From assembly GCA_963715335.1 (NCBI GenBank), contig CAVQRZ010000009.1, positions 117,861-181,860 of the forward strand: a stretch of 64,000 nucleotides of DNA. Reading direction: 5' to 3'. Origin of the DNA: an uncultured delta proteobacterium (GTDB taxonomy: Bacteria > Desulfobacterota > Desulfuromonadia > Desulfuromonadales > BM103). Under the pieces are notes generated by a model. It made no database searches, was not told the origin of the DNA, and was given only the letters and a program-made list of their open reading frames with translations. Positions 37,621 to 49,371 of this stretch are shown here, piece after piece. The position numbers and the translations under genes are program-made. Numbering within the stretch: position 1 is the first letter of the stretch; each line of letters starts with the position of its first letter.

Positions 37621-40434
37621 TTATAGCGACAGGTAGGAGCGCAGATAACGGCCGGTATAGGACCTGGCGCAACGGGCCACGTCTTCGGGGGTACCGCAGA
37701 CAACGACCTCCCCGCCGCGACTGCCGCCCTCAGGACCGAGATCGATGATATGGTCGGCGGTCTTGATGACGTCCAGGTTGTGCTCGATAATCACCACACT
37801 GTTCCCCGACTCGACCAGGCGTTGCAAGACGCTGAGCAGCCGGCTGATATCGTCAAAATGCAAGCCGGTGGTCGGCTCATCGAGGATATAGATGGTTCTG
37901 CCAGTTGAACGCTTGCTGAGTTCCTTGGCCAGCTTGACGCGCTGCGCTTCGCCCCCGGACAGGGTCGTGGCGCTCTGGCCAAGCTTGATATAACCGAGCC
38001 CGACCTCGCGCAAAGTCTCCAGCTTGCGCTTGATGCGCGGGATATTGGCAAGGAACTCCGTGGCCTGATTGGCGGTCATGTCGAGGACATCGGCGATCGT
38101 CTTGCCCTTGTATTTGACCTGCAGGGTTTCCCGGTTGTAACGGGCCCCGTGGCAGGCCTCGCACTGGATATAGACATCGGGCAGAAAGTGCATTTCGATG
38201 CGCAGGATACCGTCCCCCTGGCAAGCCTCGCAGCGCCCCCCTTTGACGTTGAACGAAAACCGGCCAGGCTTGTAACCACGCATTTTGGCTTCCGGCAACC
38301 GGGCAAAGATGTCGCGAATATCGGTAAATAACCCGGAGTAGGTCGCCGGATTGGATCTAGGCGTGCGACCGATCGGTGACTGGTCTATATCGATGACCTT
38401 GTCGAGTTGCTCAAGGCCCTCGACGGCGCGCACCGGGCCGGATCGCTCGCGCGAGCGGTAAAGGCGTTGGGCCAGGGCCTTTTGCAGGGTGTCGAGAACC
38501 AGTGAAGATTTGCCGGAACCGGAGACTCCGGTAACACAGGTCATCACGCCAAGCGGGATGTCCACGTCGACGGAGTTGAGATTGTTGGCCGTAGCGCCCC
38601 TGATGCCCAGGGTCCCGGTGGCCTTGCGCCGCTTCTGCGGCACAGGGATCTCCAGACGTCCGGAGAGGTAGGCACCGGTCAATGACTCGGGATGATTGAG
38701 AACCTCCTGCGGGGTGCCCTGGGCCACCACCTGACCGCCATGGCGGCCGGCCCGCGGCCCCATGTCAATCACATGATCCGCTTCGAGAATGGTCTCCTCG
38801 TCATGTTCCACCACCAGCACGGTGTTGCCGAGATCACGCAGGCGCTTCAGCGTTTCCAGCAGGCGGCGATTATCGCGCTGGTGCAGCCCGATCGACGGTT
38901 CATCAAGGATGTACAGGACACCGACCAGCGAGGACCCGATCTGGGTTGCCAGGCGGATCCGCTGGCTCTCCCCACCCGAAAGCGTGCCGGACGTCCGGTC
39001 CAAAGCCAGGTAATCGAGACCGACATTGACCAGGAACGACAGGCGTTCGCGAATTTCCTTGAGCACCCGCCGGGCAATCTCGGCTTCTTTGGCCGGCAGC
39101 ACGAGATCGGCAAAAAAGGCCTCGGCATCGCTGACACTTAACGAACAAACCTCCTGGATATTGCGCCCGGCAATCCTCACACAGAGGGTCTCCGGCTTCA
39201 GCCGCGCCCCCTGGCAGCTTGGGCAGGGCATGATGTTCATGAACTCCTCGAGTTTTTCGCGCGTCGCGTCGGAATCGGTTTCGCGCAGACGCCGTTCGAG
39301 ATTCGGGATCACGCCTTCAAAAGGTTTGTGATAAAAGTGCCGGTGGTTGGCCTGGTCATAGAAGAACTTGACCTGCTCCTTGCCGGAACCATACAGCAGG
39401 ACCTGCTGGATACGCTCCGGAAGTTCGGCGAAAGGGGTGCGGATCTCAAACTCGTAAAAATCGGCCAGGGCTTCCAGGACCTGCAGGTAATAGTAGCCGG
39501 TCCGGGTCGACCAGGGTGCGATGGCGCCTTCGCGCAGGGAGAGCTGCCGGTTCGGCACAACCTGCTCCGGGTCAAAGTACATGCGCGTGCCGAGACCGGA
39601 ACAGTCGGCGCAGGCACCATACGGATTGTTGAAAGAGAACATCCGCGGGGTCATTTCTGGAATCGAGATGCCGCATTCCGCGCAGGCGTGCCACTCCGAG
39701 AAGAGCTGGCTCGCGCCGCCGATCGTCTCGACTCTGACCAGACCTTCACCAAGCCGCAGCGAGGTCTCCAGGGAGTCGGCCAGCCGGCTGGCAATCCCCG
39801 GTTTGACCACGAGCCGGTCGACCACGACCTCGATGGTATGTTTTTTGTTCTTGTCGAGAACGATCTCCTCGCCCAGCTCAAACATCGCGCCGTCAATCCG
39901 TACCCGGACAAAGCCATCAGCCTGGAGCTGGCGCAACTCCTTGCGGTATTCGCCTTTGCGTCCGCGCACAACCGGAGCCAGCAGCAGGAGTTTGCTCTTC
40001 TCCGGCAGGGCCAGAACCTGTTCAACCATCTGTTCGACTGTCTGCGAGGCGATCTCCTTGTCGCACGAAGGACAGTGCACCCTGCCGATACGGGCGTAAA
40101 GCAAGCGCAGGTAATCGTAAATCTCTGTGACCGTGCCGACCGTTGAACGCGGGTTTTTCGAGGAGGATTTCTGTTCGATGGAGATTGCCGGGCTCAGCCC
40201 CTCGATGCTCTCGACATCCGGCTTGTCCATTTGCTCAAGAAACTGCCGGGCATAGGTGGAAAGGCTTTCCACATAACGGCGCTGCCCCTCGGCGTAAATC
40301 GTGTCGAAAGCCAGGGTGCTTTTGCCGGAGCCGGAGACCCCGGTGATGACCACCAGCTGGTCACGCGGGATGTCGACGTCGATGCACTTCAGGTTGTGCT
40401 CGCAGGCACCTTTGATGATTATTTTATCTACCAT
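37621..40434 (-). CDS. uvrA: Excinuclease ABC subunit A
   Basis: Two ABC cassettes ([17 protein letters not shown]) and zinc fingers. Confidence 0.98.
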   Translation of the reverse strand: MVDKIIIKGACEHNLKCIDVDIPRDQLVVITGVSGSGKSTLAFDTIYAEGQRRYVESLSTYARQFLEQMDKPDVESIEGLSPAISIEQKSSSKNPRSTVGTVTEIYDYLRLLYARIGRVHCPSCDKEIASQTVEQMVEQVLALPEKSKLLLLAPVVRGRKGEYRKELRQLQADGFVRVRIDGAMFELGEEIVLDKNKKHTIEVVVDRLVVKPGIASRLADSLETSLRLGEGLVRVETIGGASQLFSEWHACAECGISIPEMTPRMFSFNNPYGACADCSGLGTRMYFDPEQVVPNRQLSLREGAIAPWSTRTGYYYLQVLEALADFYEFEIRTPFAELPERIQQVLLYGSGKEQVKFFYDQANHRHFYHKPFEGVIPNLERRLRETDSDATREKLEEFMNIMPCPSCQGARLKPETLCVRIAGRNIQEVCSLSVSDAEAFFADLVLPAKEAEIARRVLKEIRERLSFLVNVGLDYLALDRTSGTLSGGESQRIRLATQIGSSLVGVLYILDEPSIGLHQRDNRRLLETLKRLRDLGNTVLVVEHDEETILEADHVIDMGPRAGRHGGQVVAQGTPQEVLNHPESLTGAYLSGRLEIPVPQKRRKATGTLGIRGATANNLNSVDVDIPLGVMTCVTGVSGSGKSSLVLDTLQKALAQRLYRSRERSGPVRAVEGLEQLDKVIDIDQSPIGRTPRSNPATYSGLFTDIRDIFARLPEAKMRGYKPGRFSFNVKGGRCEACQGDGILRIEMHFLPDVYIQCEACHGARYNRETLQVKYKGKTIADVLDMTANQATEFLANIPRIKRKLETLREVGLGYIKLGQSATTLSGGEAQRVKLAKELSKRSTGRTIYILDEPTTGLHFDDISRLLSVLQRLVESGNSVVIIEHNLDVIKTADHIIDLGPEGGSRGGEVVVCGTPEDVARCARSYTGRYLRSYLSL

Positions 40435-40557
40435 GGTTTTTGTCTATAGGATTGTGGGCGTTAATAAAGCGCAGCTTTTGCCGGTAATTTGAGGCGCGAG
40501 ACGGGAAGCGCGAGAAACTCTACGCACTGCTTTGCTTTCTGGCCTTTCCCTTACCCC

Positions 40558-41580
40558 TCACCTCTTGTCCCGTTCCTGTTTGTCCGCCATTTCAGCGGCC
40601 ATTTTAACGGCCGCGATCAGGCTGGCCGGACTGGCCTTGCCGGCCCCCGCCAGATCATAGGCGGTACCGTGGTCCACCGAGGTACGGACCACCGGCAGGC
40701 CGAGGGTGACGTTCACACCGTCGTCAAAATGCAGGAGCTTGAGAGGGATCAGTCCCTGGTCGTGATACATGCAGATTACCGCGTCGTAGTGCCCCTGAGC
40801 GGCAAACCAGAAGAGCGTGTCAGCGCTGTGCGGGCCACTTGCCTTGATCCCTTGCTTGCGGGCCGCCTCTATGGCCGGGACAATCGTTCGTTTCTCTTCA
40901 TCGCCAAACAGGCCGCCCTCTCCCGCATGCGGGTTGAGGGCAAGGACGGCAAGGCGTGGCTGGAGAACACCGAACTGCTGCCGTAAACTCTCTGCAGCGA
41001 TCCGGATCGTCGACAGGACACGCTCGACAGTCAACTTTTGCGGGACATCGCGCAGAGCGCAATGGGTTGTAACCAGGCAGACCTTGAGGCGCTCGCCGGC
41101 CAGCATCATAACCACTTCGTCAACTCCACAGCGCGACGCGAGGAGTTCCGTATGCCCGGGGAAGTTGGCGCCGGCCAGCTGCAGGGCCTGCTTGTTGATC
41201 GGCGCGGTCACCATGCCGGCCGCTTCGTCGGCAAGGCAGCGATCACAGGCCCAGGAAATATAGTCGGCCATGGCACGGCCGGAGCAGGCACTGGGTTGCC
41301 CATATTTCTGCTCTGCAGGATCGAGACGAGACCCTTCGCGAAGCGGCAAGCTCTGGCCGGAAACAACCAGTTCGCCCGAAGCCAGGGGGGTTCGCGAATC
41401 CGGCTGCCAGGCAAGCTCATAACCACAGACCTGCGCCGCGCGCTGCATGATCGCCAGATCACCGACAACCACAACCGGGCGCGACAGACCGGCAAAGGCT
41501 CCCCGGCCAGCCGCCTGGATAATAATTTCCGGACCGACCCCGGTCGGGTCACCCATGGTGAGGAGAAGTGGTTTTTCCAT
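40558..41580 (-). CDS. pdxA: 4-hydroxythreonine-4-phosphate dehydrogenase
   Basis: MGDPTGVGPE, GHTE, LNPHAGE, MYHDQG and RTSVDHGTA motifs. Confidence 0.96.
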   Translation of the reverse strand: MEKPLLLTMGDPTGVGPEIIIQAAGRGAFAGLSRPVVVVGDLAIMQRAAQVCGYELAWQPDSRTPLASGELVVSGQSLPLREGSRLDPAEQKYGQPSACSGRAMADYISWACDRCLADEAAGMVTAPINKQALQLAGANFPGHTELLASRCGVDEVVMMLAGERLKVCLVTTHCALRDVPQKLTVERVLSTIRIAAESLRQQFGVLQPRLAVLALNPHAGEGGLFGDEEKRTIVPAIEAARKQGIKASGPHSADTLFWFAAQGHYDAVICMYHDQGLIPLKLLHFDDGVNVTLGLPVVRTSVDHGTAYDLAGAGKASPASLIAAVKMAAEMADKQERDKR

Positions 41581-41758
41581 AAATGCCCTTCGCTGGTTAT
41601 GCGCCAAAGAAACAGTATAGCCCAGCCACGAAAGAGTCCTCAACCTGATTTGCAAATTACGTTTTCTGTTCCGGACAGGGAAAGCGGTTTTCAAACCTGA
41701 CAGAAGCGGCTATACTCTGGATTATCTCAACGTGTCATGTGCAACTGGAGATTCCCGG

Positions 41759-42118
41759 ATGAGTGATGAACTGTTCGAACGTCGTAAAACAGAGCGTCGT
41801 TACGCCCTGAATTTTCTCGATTATGAAATCCTTGGTGACTCCGGTGAGGTGTCTGGCCGCGGCCTCGCCCGCACCCTCAACGTCAGCGAGGACGGCCTGC
41901 GTCTGGAAACCGGTTTATTCTTTGAACCAGGCCAGCAGCTGCGGATTACCTTGGGGCTTGACAACGACCTGGTTCAGGTCACGGGCCGGGTTGTTAACTC
42001 GCAACCTGAAAACGACGAGCTGTGCAGCAGCGGCATCCTGTTTGTCGAGCTTGCAGATCAGGATCGGCAAACCTACCAGAAGCATTTCGAGAATTTGAAA
42101 GCAGCGCTTGGCGAATAG
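41759..42118 (+). CDS. PilZ domain protein
   Basis: ERRKTER (RxxxR) and NVSEDG (D/NxSxxG) motifs. Confidence 0.88.
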   Translation: MSDELFERRKTERRYALNFLDYEILGDSGEVSGRGLARTLNVSEDGLRLETGLFFEPGQQLRITLGLDNDLVQVTGRVVNSQPENDELCSSGILFVELADQDRQTYQKHFENLKAALGE

Positions 42119-42138
42119 GGCCAGCCGGAGATAAACCC

Positions 42139-42165
42139 AAAAGCCCACCTGAAAGGTGGGCTTTT
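42139..42165. terminator. Bidirectional terminator
   Basis: aaaagcccacct-gaa-aggtgggctttt. Confidence 0.85.
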
Positions 42166-42225
42166 GCATGGCTCGAGAAACGCTTTTGTTACCGGTCAGT
42201 GCCGGCAACCGTTCAGCAGGACAGA

Positions 42226-43173
42226 TCACAGGCGAATATCGATAAACGCTTTCGCCTTGAGTGACTTGGTCCATTCCTTGACCCGGGTATCGGTCTTCAG
42301 ATCCATAATCGTCTGGTAGATGTCGAATTTCACGTCGTCGAACTGCCGCAAGCCGCCGAACAACCTCTCATCAACCCGCAGCAGGTAAATCGCGCCTTTC
42401 GTTTCGACCGGTTCACTATACCTGCCAGCCTCCAAATTTTCGATCGCGGCAACAAAGTCAGGGTTCAAATCACCAAGCGGAACGCTGCCCATATCACTGC
42501 CCGTGGCGCCATAGGTCAAGTTGTAGCTTTCAGCCACCAGGTCGAAGCCTTCATGGTTTCGCAACCGCTCCAACGCCTCACGGACGACCGTCTTGATCTT
42601 CTGTCGCTCCTGCTCCGAAGCCTTTTCCGAGACCGGGAAGGAGAGCGCGCTGAGACGGACTTCGGGAGCCAGGCGATAATCATCCAGGTGGGCGCGATAG
42701 TATTCAACAATTTCCCGTTCGGGCACGTCGACCTGGCTACGCACCTCTTCTCCGATCAGCTTGTAACGCATGATCTGCTCACTCAAGTTGTCACGATAGG
42801 CCTGAAAATCCATGCCCTGTATGGTGACGGCGTCCTCAAGCTCCTCCCGCGTCAGCTGGTTTTTTTGCTGCACATCAAGCAGGGCGGTTTCTATCTCGTC
42901 TTCAGAGACACTCAGCTTGAGCGCCTTGACTCGCTGCTGAACCAGAGTTTCCTCGATCATCCGCGACAGGAGCTCCTGGCGAAGCGCCCCGAGTTGCGCC
43001 GGCGACGGCTGCTTGTCCCGCTTCGCCAGCTGCTCCTGAAGCTTCTGGTCCAACTGGTAGGTGGTGATGATATCCGTATTGACGACTGCGGCAATCCGGC
43101 TGACAACAGCAGCTGGCACCGGATTCAAGCCGATGCTAAGCAACAACAACAGGGCGACTCCGAACTGTCTCAT
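42226..43173 (-). CDS. surA: SurA-like chaperone/PPIase
   Basis: Signal peptide, RIAAVVNTDIIT SurA N-domain, rotamase-like domain. Confidence 0.8.
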   Translation of the reverse strand: MRQFGVALLLLLSIGLNPVPAAVVSRIAAVVNTDIITTYQLDQKLQEQLAKRDKQPSPAQLGALRQELLSRMIEETLVQQRVKALKLSVSEDEIETALLDVQQKNQLTREELEDAVTIQGMDFQAYRDNLSEQIMRYKLIGEEVRSQVDVPEREIVEYYRAHLDDYRLAPEVRLSALSFPVSEKASEQERQKIKTVVREALERLRNHEGFDLVAESYNLTYGATGSDMGSVPLGDLNPDFVAAIENLEAGRYSEPVETKGAIYLLRVDERLFGGLRQFDDVKFDIYQTIMDLKTDTRVKEWTKSLKAKAFIDIRL

Positions 43174-43190
43174 GCCATCCTCTTTCTTAA

Positions 43191-44147
43191 TCAGTTTTTA
43201 TTTTTGTTTTCTTCGAGCTGGGTCCAGTCGACGGTGATCACGGCCCGGGCCCTCATTTCCTGCAGCCAGTCGAGATAAACAACCTCTTTTTTCTGACTTT
43301 CCAGAATTGCGCGAATTTCGTCTGCGACTTCCGTTTTCTTCAGCCTGACCGCCTTGCGTTTCTCTTCGACCAGGAAGATATGGTAGCCGTACTCGCTCTT
43401 GACCAGGTCGCTCAGACGCTTGACCGGCAGGTCAAACACAACTTCGTCAAATTCCGGGGGCATCTCCCCCCGGGCGAAAAAACCGAGGTCTCCGCCCTGC
43501 TCGGCATCCGGCGACAGAGAATATTCTTTAGCGACCTCGGCAAAGGGCCGGCCCTGGCGCAACAGGCCGAGCACCTCCTGTCCCACGGCTTCATCGGCCA
43601 CGACGATCTGTCGGGCCCTGACCTGGGCAGGACGGTCAAACTCTTCGCGATTGGCTTCATAGTAGGCGGCAACTTCCGTATCGGTCACATCAACCGTGGA
43701 ATAAACCGCCTCTTCAAGGAGTTTCTCCATGATCAGACTTTCCTTGAGTTCCTTACGCCATCCCTGCAGGGTCACCCCTCGCTCCTGGAGCATCGTTTCG
43801 AAGCTGGCGCCGGTATAGTCCTGGCGATATGCCTTTAGTGCCGCATCAATGTCAGCTTCCGTGATCTCGATATTGAGGCGTCGGGCTTCGCCATGAATCA
43901 GTTCACGGTCAATCAGCTGAACCAGGAAGGACCGCTGCAGCTCTTCACGTTCAATCCCTGTCAAGGGTTGGTCCTTCTGCAGGCTCTTCTCGAATTCGAC
44001 AAGAAACTCGTCCTTGCTGATTTCATAGTCATTGATGACGATCAGCGGCGACAGAGGCTTCTCTTCCTGCTCCGCCCCACATCCGACCAAAAACGGGAGG
44101 CTGCCGAGGAGGAGAAGCGGCCAGAAGGTTATGCGCGAGAAAAACAT
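43191..44147 (-). CDS. Parvulin-type peptidyl-prolyl isomerase lipoprotein
   Basis: LVGC lipobox; FAEVAKEYS, GGDLG and SEYGYHI motifs. Confidence 0.9.
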   Translation of the reverse strand: MFFSRITFWPLLLLGSLPFLVGCGAEQEEKPLSPLIVINDYEISKDEFLVEFEKSLQKDQPLTGIEREELQRSFLVQLIDRELIHGEARRLNIEITEADIDAALKAYRQDYTGASFETMLQERGVTLQGWRKELKESLIMEKLLEEAVYSTVDVTDTEVAAYYEANREEFDRPAQVRARQIVVADEAVGQEVLGLLRQGRPFAEVAKEYSLSPDAEQGGDLGFFARGEMPPEFDEVVFDLPVKRLSDLVKSEYGYHIFLVEEKRKAVRLKKTEVADEIRAILESQKKEVVYLDWLQEMRARAVITVDWTQLEENKNKN

Positions 44148-44188
44148 GGCGTTTATCCTTAGTAAGTTGGAATCCGGTTGCCAAACTA

Positions 44189-47100
44189 TCATAGCCGACA
44201 AAACCCTTGCAATTCCTTTTTGGCGGTCGCCAGCGCCTCTTCACGAGGGATTCGGCCGACCCGGACCGTCAGCCGGTAGTCCGGACTGAAGCGGTATTTT
44301 TTGCTGTCCTCGAGGAGTGCCAGGACCTGTTCCGGGGTCACCTTGGTCGATGCCGGAAAACTGAAGACCAGGTTGTGCCCGTCATACTCCACAAGTTCGA
44401 CATGCAGTTGCTTCATGAGTACGCGCAGCTTCATCACCTCCATCAGCAGCTCGGCCTCTTCGGGCAATTCACCATAACGGTCGCGCAATTCATCACCGGC
44501 CTGGTAGATCTCGACATCTTCCCGGGCTGAAGCCAGTTTGCGGTAAAGTACAAGCCGCTGATTGGGGTCAGCAACATACCGCTCCGGCAGGAACGCCGAA
44601 AGCCCCAGGCGAATCTCGGGGTCGATCCGTTCTTCACGGGCCTGCCCCTGCAATTCCTTAACTGTTTCCTCGAGCAGGTCGGTATACATCTCGAAGCCGA
44701 TTGCCGCAACCTGCCCGGCCTGACGGGCCCCGAGCAGGTCTCCGGCGCCGCGCAGTTCGAGATCGTGACGGGCAATACGGAAGCCGGCACCCAGTTCGGC
44801 CTGCTCCTGCAGGATCTTGAGCCGTTCCCGGGCGTCCCTGGTCAGAACACCCTCGCCCGGAATCAGCAGGTAGGCGTAAGCTCGCTGGTGCGAGCGCCCG
44901 ACTCGGCCGCGCAACTGGTAGAGCTGAGCCAGGCCGAAACAATCGGCCCGATTGATAATTATGGTATTCGCTGCAGGGATGTCGATACCGTTCTCAATGA
45001 TCGCCGAACAGACCAGCAGGTTGGTTTCGCCTTCGATGAAACCAAGCATGGCTTTTTCCAGTTCTTTTTCCTGCATCTGGCCGTGACCAACACCGATTTT
45101 CGCCTGGGGAACGAGCCGGCGCAGGAAATCGGCCATGGCCTCGATCGATTGCACCCGGTTGTGAACAAAATAAACCTGGCCACCGCGACGCAGTTCGCGC
45201 AGGATCGCATCACGGATCAGGTCATCGTCAAACCGGGTGACGTAGGTTCGAATCGCCTGGCGATCAACCGGTGGCGTGTCGATAATCGACAGGCTGCGCA
45301 AACCGGCCAGACTCAGGTGCAGGGTACGCGGTATCGGGGTCGCGGTAAGGGTCAACACGTCGACCTCGGCACGCATCTTCTTCAGTCGCTCCTTGTGAGT
45401 CACGCCGAAGCGTTGCTCCTCGTCGATCACAATCAGGCCCAGGTTTTTAAAATGCAGGTCACGTTGCAGCAGGCGGTGGGTACCGATCAGGATATCCACC
45501 TGACCCTTTACGGTGCGCTCAATAATCCGTTTCTGCTCGGCCGGGGTCCGGAAGCGCGAGAGCATTTCAACGACAACCGGGTAATCGGCAAAACGCTGCC
45601 TGAACGTCTCGAGGTGCTGCCGTGCCAGCACCGTGGTCGGGACCAAAACCGCCACCTGGCGGCTGTCGAGCACCGCCTTGAACGCGGCACGAATCGCGAC
45701 CTCGGTTTTGCCGTAGCCGACGTCACCGCAAATAAGGCGATCGACGGGGCGCTCCGAAACCATGTCCTCGATTACCGACTCAATCGCTTCCAGCTGATCG
45801 GGGGTCTCTTCGTGGGGGAAAGAGGCTTCAAATTCACGGAACAGCCGGTCCGGGGGGGTGTAGCTGAAACCCTTCGCCAGCTGCCGGCGAGCCTGGATTT
45901 GCAGGAGATCACGGGCCAGCTCCTCTATCGCCGCCCGCGCTTTCAGCTTGGCCTTTTCCCAGGCGCCGCCGCCCATCTTGTCCAGCCGCGGCGAGCTGCC
46001 GTCGGACAGGTATTTCTGCACCTTCTCGATGCGCTCTACCGGCAGATAAAGCCGGTCGTCCCCGGCATACTCAAGATGCAGGAAATCTCCGGCGACATCA
46101 CCGGTCTGCAGGTGGATCAGGCCAAGGTAGCGCCCGATACCGTAATCGGTGTGCACAACCAGATCATCGAGTTTCAGGTCGGCCAGCGACGATTCGAAAA
46201 CCCTTTGCCGGCGACGCACCCGGCGATGGGTTCGTGGGCCGAAGATTTCATCGTCGCAGATGATGGCCAGCTTTTCCTCGACGAGCCGGAAACCATTATC
46301 CAGGCTTCCGGTCGTCACGGTCAGTCCCACCGGCACCCGGCGTCCCGGCACAAGCTCCGGCACCCAGTTCACCGGCAGCTCGCTTGGCCCCAGCAGGTCA
46401 AGCAGGCGCTCCGCCTGACCACGTTGATGGCAGACCACGAGAATCCGCCATTCCTCGCTCAACCAACCCTGCAGACGCTGGACCAGGGGCGCGAGACTAC
46501 CGTCATGTTCTGCATGGTTCGGCCGTAAATCGGCATTCCCCATCACCGGCACGCGGTAGACCGGGTACTCCCCTTCGAGCTGGTAGACATGCAAGGAGGC
46601 CAGGTCGATGCGCGGGCCCTTCCCCAGAGCCTCTTCCAGTTCCCGGTTGGCGAGATAAAAGTCCTCGACCAAAGCAAACGGCTCCCCGCTGCGATCGGCC
46701 CGCTCTGCGCCAGAACGGATGGCGGCGCTGAACTCGTCAGCGGCGGCGGTAATCGCAGGAGGATCGAGCAGCAGCCAGGTGAAACGGTCGAGATAGGCGA
46801 AGACGCTGTCCAGTTGTTCATAATTAAGCGGCAAAAGGTTTTCCCGGCCGGGAGCCAGCAACCCTTCACGGACTTCCTCGAGGATCAGCTCCCGCTGGCG
46901 GCGTGGGATTTCCAGATCGTCACAGCGTTTTTTGAACCGCCGGGTAAAGGTGTCCAGGTGTGTTCCGGCAAGGATCATTTCCCGGGCCGGGACCAGGTCA
47001 AGCCTGACCATGTGGCTGTCCAGAGAACGCTGAGTGACGGGATCGAAGGCGCGGATTTCTTCGAGTTCATCGCCAAAGAAGGCCAGTCGCACCGGCAGCT

Positions 47101-47677
47101 CAAGCATCGGCGGGAAAAGGTCAACCAGGTCACCGCGCGCAGCGTAACAGCCGCGGTCCTCGACCAGGGAAAGCCGCCGGTAACCGAGGGCGGTCAGCCC
47201 TTTGAGAAGATCGTCGCGGGCAATCTCCTGGCCGACTTCAAGCTGCAGGGCCAAGGCATCGAGAGCACGGCGCGGCAGAACTTTTTGCTGCAACGCCCTG
47301 ACCGTGGTGACAACGGCTTTGCCGCGACCGGCAGCGAGGGCCGCCAGGGTGGAGAGTCTTGTCGCTTCGATTTCAGGGTGGGGGCTAAGCGGTGCGTAAG
47401 GTTCGGTTTCCCAGTGGGGAAAGAAGAGAATGTCGGCTGCAACCCCGTGATAAAAAACCAGGGCCCGGTGGAAGCGCTGGGCCGTCGCCTGGTCGGCTGC
47501 CACAACCAGAAGGGTCGAACCGGAAGCCTCCCGCGCCAGCAGCCCGGCGCTGAACCAGGCATCGCTGCTGCCATTCAGACCAAGGACTTCTATACGACCG
47601 GAAGAGCCTGTTGAAAAGGGCTCCAGCAGGCCGGACAGGGTAGAATGCTGAATGCGTGGTTCTGTTGTTTCGGACAT
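44189..47677 (-). CDS. mfd: Transcription-repair coupling factor
   Basis: CarD-like domain, CGDVGYGKTEV, DEEQRFGV, QLRGRVGR and TRCF C-terminus. Confidence 0.98.
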   Translation of the reverse strand: MSETTEPRIQHSTLSGLLEPFSTGSSGRIEVLGLNGSSDAWFSAGLLAREASGSTLLVVAADQATAQRFHRALVFYHGVAADILFFPHWETEPYAPLSPHPEIEATRLSTLAALAAGRGKAVVTTVRALQQKVLPRRALDALALQLEVGQEIARDDLLKGLTALGYRRLSLVEDRGCYAARGDLVDLFPPMLELPVRLAFFGDELEEIRAFDPVTQRSLDSHMVRLDLVPAREMILAGTHLDTFTRRFKKRCDDLEIPRRQRELILEEVREGLLAPGRENLLPLNYEQLDSVFAYLDRFTWLLLDPPAITAAADEFSAAIRSGAERADRSGEPFALVEDFYLANRELEEALGKGPRIDLASLHVYQLEGEYPVYRVPVMGNADLRPNHAEHDGSLAPLVQRLQGWLSEEWRILVVCHQRGQAERLLDLLGPSELPVNWVPELVPGRRVPVGLTVTTGSLDNGFRLVEEKLAIICDDEIFGPRTHRRVRRRQRVFESSLADLKLDDLVVHTDYGIGRYLGLIHLQTGDVAGDFLHLEYAGDDRLYLPVERIEKVQKYLSDGSSPRLDKMGGGAWEKAKLKARAAIEELARDLLQIQARRQLAKGFSYTPPDRLFREFEASFPHEETPDQLEAIESVIEDMVSERPVDRLICGDVGYGKTEVAIRAAFKAVLDSRQVAVLVPTTVLARQHLETFRQRFADYPVVVEMLSRFRTPAEQKRIIERTVKGQVDILIGTHRLLQRDLHFKNLGLIVIDEEQRFGVTHKERLKKMRAEVDVLTLTATPIPRTLHLSLAGLRSLSIIDTPPVDRQAIRTYVTRFDDDLIRDAILRELRRGGQVYFVHNRVQSIEAMADFLRRLVPQAKIGVGHGQMQEKELEKAMLGFIEGETNLLVCSAIIENGIDIPAANTIIINRADCFGLAQLYQLRGRVGRSHQRAYAYLLIPGEGVLTRDARERLKILQEQAELGAGFRIARHDLELRGAGDLLGARQAGQVAAIGFEMYTDLLEETVKELQGQAREERIDPEIRLGLSAFLPERYVADPNQRLVLYRKLASAREDVEIYQAGDELRDRYGELPEEAELLMEVMKLRVLMKQLHVELVEYDGHNLVFSFPASTKVTPEQVLALLEDSKKYRFSPDYRLTVRVGRIPREEALATAKKELQGFCRL

Positions 47678-47771
47678 GCAGGGACCCGCTTATCGCCCCG
47701 GTTCTGCGATCAGGGCGGCAGCTTTCTTGATTATGAAACGACCGATGCCAACCGCAGGGCTGGCTGGAAGA

Positions 47772-48686
47772 TCAGTCGCGCGGGACGGCCAGCATGCGAT
47801 CAAGGGCGACCTTGGCCGGAATCCGGACATCTTCGGGCACCGTCACCTGCGGACTCATGTTCTGCAGGGACTGCAGAACATCTTCGAGCGAAGTCAACTT
47901 CATGTTCGGGCAGATCAGCCGGGTGGTCGGTAGGATGAACTCCTTGTCAGGATTGTCCTTGCGCAAACGATAAAGAATGCCCGCTTCCGTACCGACGATG
48001 AACCGCTGCGCCGGATTTTCCTTGGCAAAGGTGTACATGCCACTGGTCGAGCAGATATGGTCCGCCATGTTCAGGACTTCCGGAGGACACTCCGGGTGGG
48101 CCATGAACAAGGCGTCAGGATAATCGGCCTGGGCGTCTTTGACGTCCTCGACGGTAAAGCGTTCATGGGTCGGACAGTAGCCATCCCAAAAATGACAGGT
48201 CTTATCAACCTGGGCCGCAATGTATTGCCCCAGGTTACGGTCGGGGGCCAGAATCACCTCCGGCGCATCAAGTGAGGCGACCACCTTGACAGCGTTGGCA
48301 CTGGTACAGCAGATATCGCTTTCGGCTTTGACGGCAGCGCTGGAATTGACATACATCACCACCGGTACGCCGGGATGGCGGCTTTTCATCTCCCGCAACC
48401 CTTCCGCGGTGACCATATCGGCCATCGGGCAGCCGGCATCCAGGCGAGGCAGCAGAACCGTTTTGCCCGGAGCAAGGATCGCAGCGCTTTCCGCCATGAA
48501 GTGTACGCCGCAGAAAACGATCACCGACTTCCCGGTTCGCGCCGCCTCCATCGACAGCGCGAGGGAGTCCCCGGTGATATGGGCCATGGCCTGGACTTCG
48601 TCACGCTGGTAATTATGCGCCAGGATCAGGGCATCGCGCTCTTCTGCCAGCCGGTGAATTTCACTGATGATCTCGTTCTGATTCAT
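47772..48686 (-). CDS. nadA: Quinolinate synthase
   Basis: [29 protein letters not shown] and CPNMK motifs. Confidence 0.97.
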   Translation of the reverse strand: MNQNEIISEIHRLAEERDALILAHNYQRDEVQAMAHITGDSLALSMEAARTGKSVIVFCGVHFMAESAAILAPGKTVLLPRLDAGCPMADMVTAEGLREMKSRHPGVPVVMYVNSSAAVKAESDICCTSANAVKVVASLDAPEVILAPDRNLGQYIAAQVDKTCHFWDGYCPTHERFTVEDVKDAQADYPDALFMAHPECPPEVLNMADHICSTSGMYTFAKENPAQRFIVGTEAGILYRLRKDNPDKEFILPTTRLICPNMKLTSLEDVLQSLQNMSPQVTVPEDVRIPAKVALDRMLAVPRD

Positions 48687-49005
48687 GATCCAACCGTTTT
48701 CCAGGAGCCGGTCCGGCGATCCCGAACCTGGCGATAAAAATGGCGGTTTGAGAACCGGTTGCAGTCCGTGTGCAGGCTCATGGCCAGAGCGATGGTGCTG
48801 GAAGGATTATGGGCCAACCTATTGAATTTGCAGACGGCTCATGGGCAGACGGCCGGTTCACAGCCTGAAAGATTGCCGTATACTAGAGTAAAAACCCTGA
48901 TATGTCAAATGCTTATACCCTAAGCGAGCAGTCTTGACAGGGCCCGTTTTTGCCGGTATTCTCAGCACACTTTAAAGTCTTTTAACTCTAGCAGGGTGAA
49001 CTCCT

Positions 49006-49371
49006 ATGTTTGGCATCGGCTTTCCTGAACTGCTCCTGATTATGGCGATCGCCCTGATCGTCCTCGGCCCGAAACGCCTGCCTGACCTGGCCCGGGCCCT
49101 TGGCCGCGGCTTTTCGGAATTCAAGCGCGCCACCGATGAACTGAAGCAAACCTTTGAAGCAGAAACCCGCGCCAACGATTTCAGGCGCCCGGATGGCGCC
49201 CCTGCCAAATTGACCCCGCCTGGCGCCATGCAGGAGGACTCTCCCGAAGAGGCCAAGCCTGTCGAAACAGGGCCTGTTGCCGAGGGCGCTGCTGCCGACG
49301 TGGACGACAACAACCCTCTGGGGGCTGACCGCGGAACCCCGACTAAAACTGAAGGGCCCCCGAATGAGTGA
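49006..49371 (+). CDS. tatB: Twin-arginine translocase TatB (TatA/B family)
   Basis: MFGIGFPEL...LGPKRLP; precedes tatC. Confidence 0.85.
   Translation: MFGIGFPELLLIMAIALIVLGPKRLPDLARALGRGFSEFKRATDELKQTFEAETRANDFRRPDGAPAKLTPPGAMQEDSPEEAKPVETGPVAEGAAADVDDNNPLGADRGTPTKTEGPPNE

Noticed and set aside
44765..46528. 587-aa + strand ORF, and similar long ORFs at 12803-13918, 26564-27859, 32382-33470, 18009-19040 and 46589-47614
   Set aside because: Antisense shadows of well-supported GC-rich genes; no motifs or RBS
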